The position numbers and the translations under genes are program-made. Below, one piece after another: positions 63,027 to 64,000 of a stretch of 64,000 nt of DNA; within the stretch, counting starts at the first letter, position 1; each line of letters begins with the position of its first letter. Location of the stretch: assembly GCF_044765245.1 (NCBI RefSeq), contig NZ_JBIWJO010000006.1, positions 382,697 through 446,696 of the forward strand. Direction: 5' to 3'. This DNA is from Micromonospora sp. NPDC093277. GTDB taxonomy: Bacteria > Actinomycetota > Actinomycetes > Mycobacteriales > Micromonosporaceae. The notes under the pieces are model-generated. The model worked only from the letters and a program-made list of their open reading frames with translations. It was not told the DNA's origin and made no database searches.

Positions 63027-63739
63027 GCCACGGCCCGCCGCCGCCTCAGCCGCCGGGACAGCAGCAGCGCGGCGATCGCGACGAGCAGCCCGCCGCCGAC
63101 CACGGCGGCGATCTGGACGGCGGCGCTGCGGCCGAGGTTCGTGCCGCCCGTCGCCGGCGCGTCGCCGAGGGTCCAGTCGTGGGAGAAATCCCCCGACCCG
63201 TACACCGCGCGCTCGCCGCCGGGGCCGGTGGCCATCGTCTGGTACGCCGGGTTGAGGTCGGTCAACATCCGTACCCCGACGGTGACCGTGCCGACCGGCG
63301 CGGGGCAGGTGTAGTCGATGCTCGCCCCCGTCCTGGCGAGGTCGACGGGCGGCTCGACGGAACCCGCGCACGGCCGTCCGCCACTGGCCACCGTGATCTG
63401 CTTCAGCAGGTACTCGGCGAACCGGGCGGACGGACCGACCGTCGTCGCGTCCGAGTCCTGGAAGAAGACCGCGCCGTCGAGCATGACCCGGTCCTGCGGC
63501 AGCAGGCCGAGCGCGACACCGAGCAGGGTCAGGTCGTCGAGGCCGCCGACCTTCCACCGCACGTGTACGACCTCGGGCCGGCCCTGGTCGGGTGCGATGG
63601 CCACGGTCTGTGGCGCACCGAACGGGTGCGCTCCCGCCGGGGTGGGCGCGGCGAAGAACGCCGCGACGAACGCCACCACCACCGCGAGGGCGCTCGCCGG
63701 ACCGCGCCGGGGACGACGTCCGTATGGGGGCAAGAACAA
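63023..63739 (-). CDS. secreted protein with C-terminal membrane anchor, co-operonic with the Ni/Co permease
   Basis: Signal peptide (AVVVAFVAAFFAAPTPAGAHP). C-terminal TM plus RRLRRRR stop-transfer. Stop overlaps the permease start. Confidence 0.5.
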   Translation of the reverse strand: MFLPPYGRRPRRGPASALAVVVAFVAAFFAAPTPAGAHPFGAPQTVAIAPDQGRPEVVHVRWKVGGLDDLTLLGVALGLLPQDRVMLDGAVFFQDSDATTVGPSARFAEYLLKQITVASGGRPCAGSVEPPVDLARTGASIDYTCPAPVGTVTVGVRMLTDLNPAYQTMATGPGGERAVYGSGDFSHDWTLGDAPATGGTNLGRSAAVQIAAVVGGGLLVAIAALLLSRRLRRRRAVA

Positions 63740-63840
63740 CGCTCCGGTGTGTCGGTACCTGTGCCACGCGGCAGACGCGACCGGAGCTGAGCCTGCCGAG
63801 CGTTCGAGAACACCACGGCGTTTCCCAACCAGCAGCAGTG

Positions 63841-63856
63841 AACGTTAACGTTAACA
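63841..63856. promoter_or_regulatory. AACGTTAACGTTAAC overlapping palindromes upstream of the Ni/Co operon
   Basis: The perfect 12-bp palindromes AACGTTAACGTT and GTTAACGTTAAC overlap, about 100 bp upstream of the 63739 start. A further GTTAACG half-site lies at 63925-63931. AT-rich island in a GC-rich context. Confidence 0.3.
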
Positions 63857-64000
63857 GTTAGTTGATCAGGCGAAGTCGAGCTTCTGCTGCTCACCGGACC
63901 GATCCACAGTCGACCGCCGCCGGTGTTAACGTCTCCGACGTGATGTCCGGGTGGATCCTGGGTTCGTGCGCGGCGGTGCCGCGTACCCGCCGGGCCGGCC

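Overview
This is a very high-GC (about 70-73%) actinomycete chromosomal segment with Micromonosporaceae- or Streptomyces-like codon usage. It is densely packed with protein-coding genes; I found no rRNA, tRNA or CRISPR array. The six-frame ORF track is dominated by very long antisense artefacts typical of GC3-biased genomes, so genes were called by recognisable protein families, plausible RBS/start choice and operon logic.

Left third (1-25 kb):
- an XRE-family regulator and an SH3b-CHAP cell-wall hydrolase
- an RCK/TrkA-type K+ channel
- two GT-C membrane mannosyltransferases and a SAM methyltransferase
- an XRE/TPR-like regulator and an IS6-like remnant
- an ECF sigma/anti-sigma pair, a lipoprotein and a large S8 subtilase
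- an FAD oxidoreductase
- an IS5-family element whose transposase carries an in-frame TAG, next to a solitary TnsA-like endonuclease
- a PadR-ABC-FtsX (MacB-like) module

Middle (25-50 kb):
- a trypsin-like protease
- a minus-strand operon of a YqiJ/NfeD-like protein, a flotillin (YqiK-like) and a translationally coupled giant 1689-aa P-loop ATPase
- a GT1 glycosyltransferase and a 1828-aa single-chain biotin-dependent acyl-CoA carboxylase
- an ABC exporter
- a SWIM zinc-finger protein coupled to a roughly 880-aa partner
- a second SPFH system (SPFH-DUF4339 plus a double zinc-ribbon membrane protein)

Right (50-64 kb):
- a compact MreB-like protein and KatG
- DUF218, CGNR zinc-finger and VOC proteins
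- a 1658-aa secreted multidomain metallophosphoesterase with three CBM5/12 modules
- a NicO/RcnA-type Ni/Co efflux pair preceded by GTTAAC palindromes

The most interesting candidate for an undescribed system is the flotillin-coupled giant ATPase operon. Secondary candidates are the SWIM plus large-partner pair and the second SPFH/zinc-ribbon pair.
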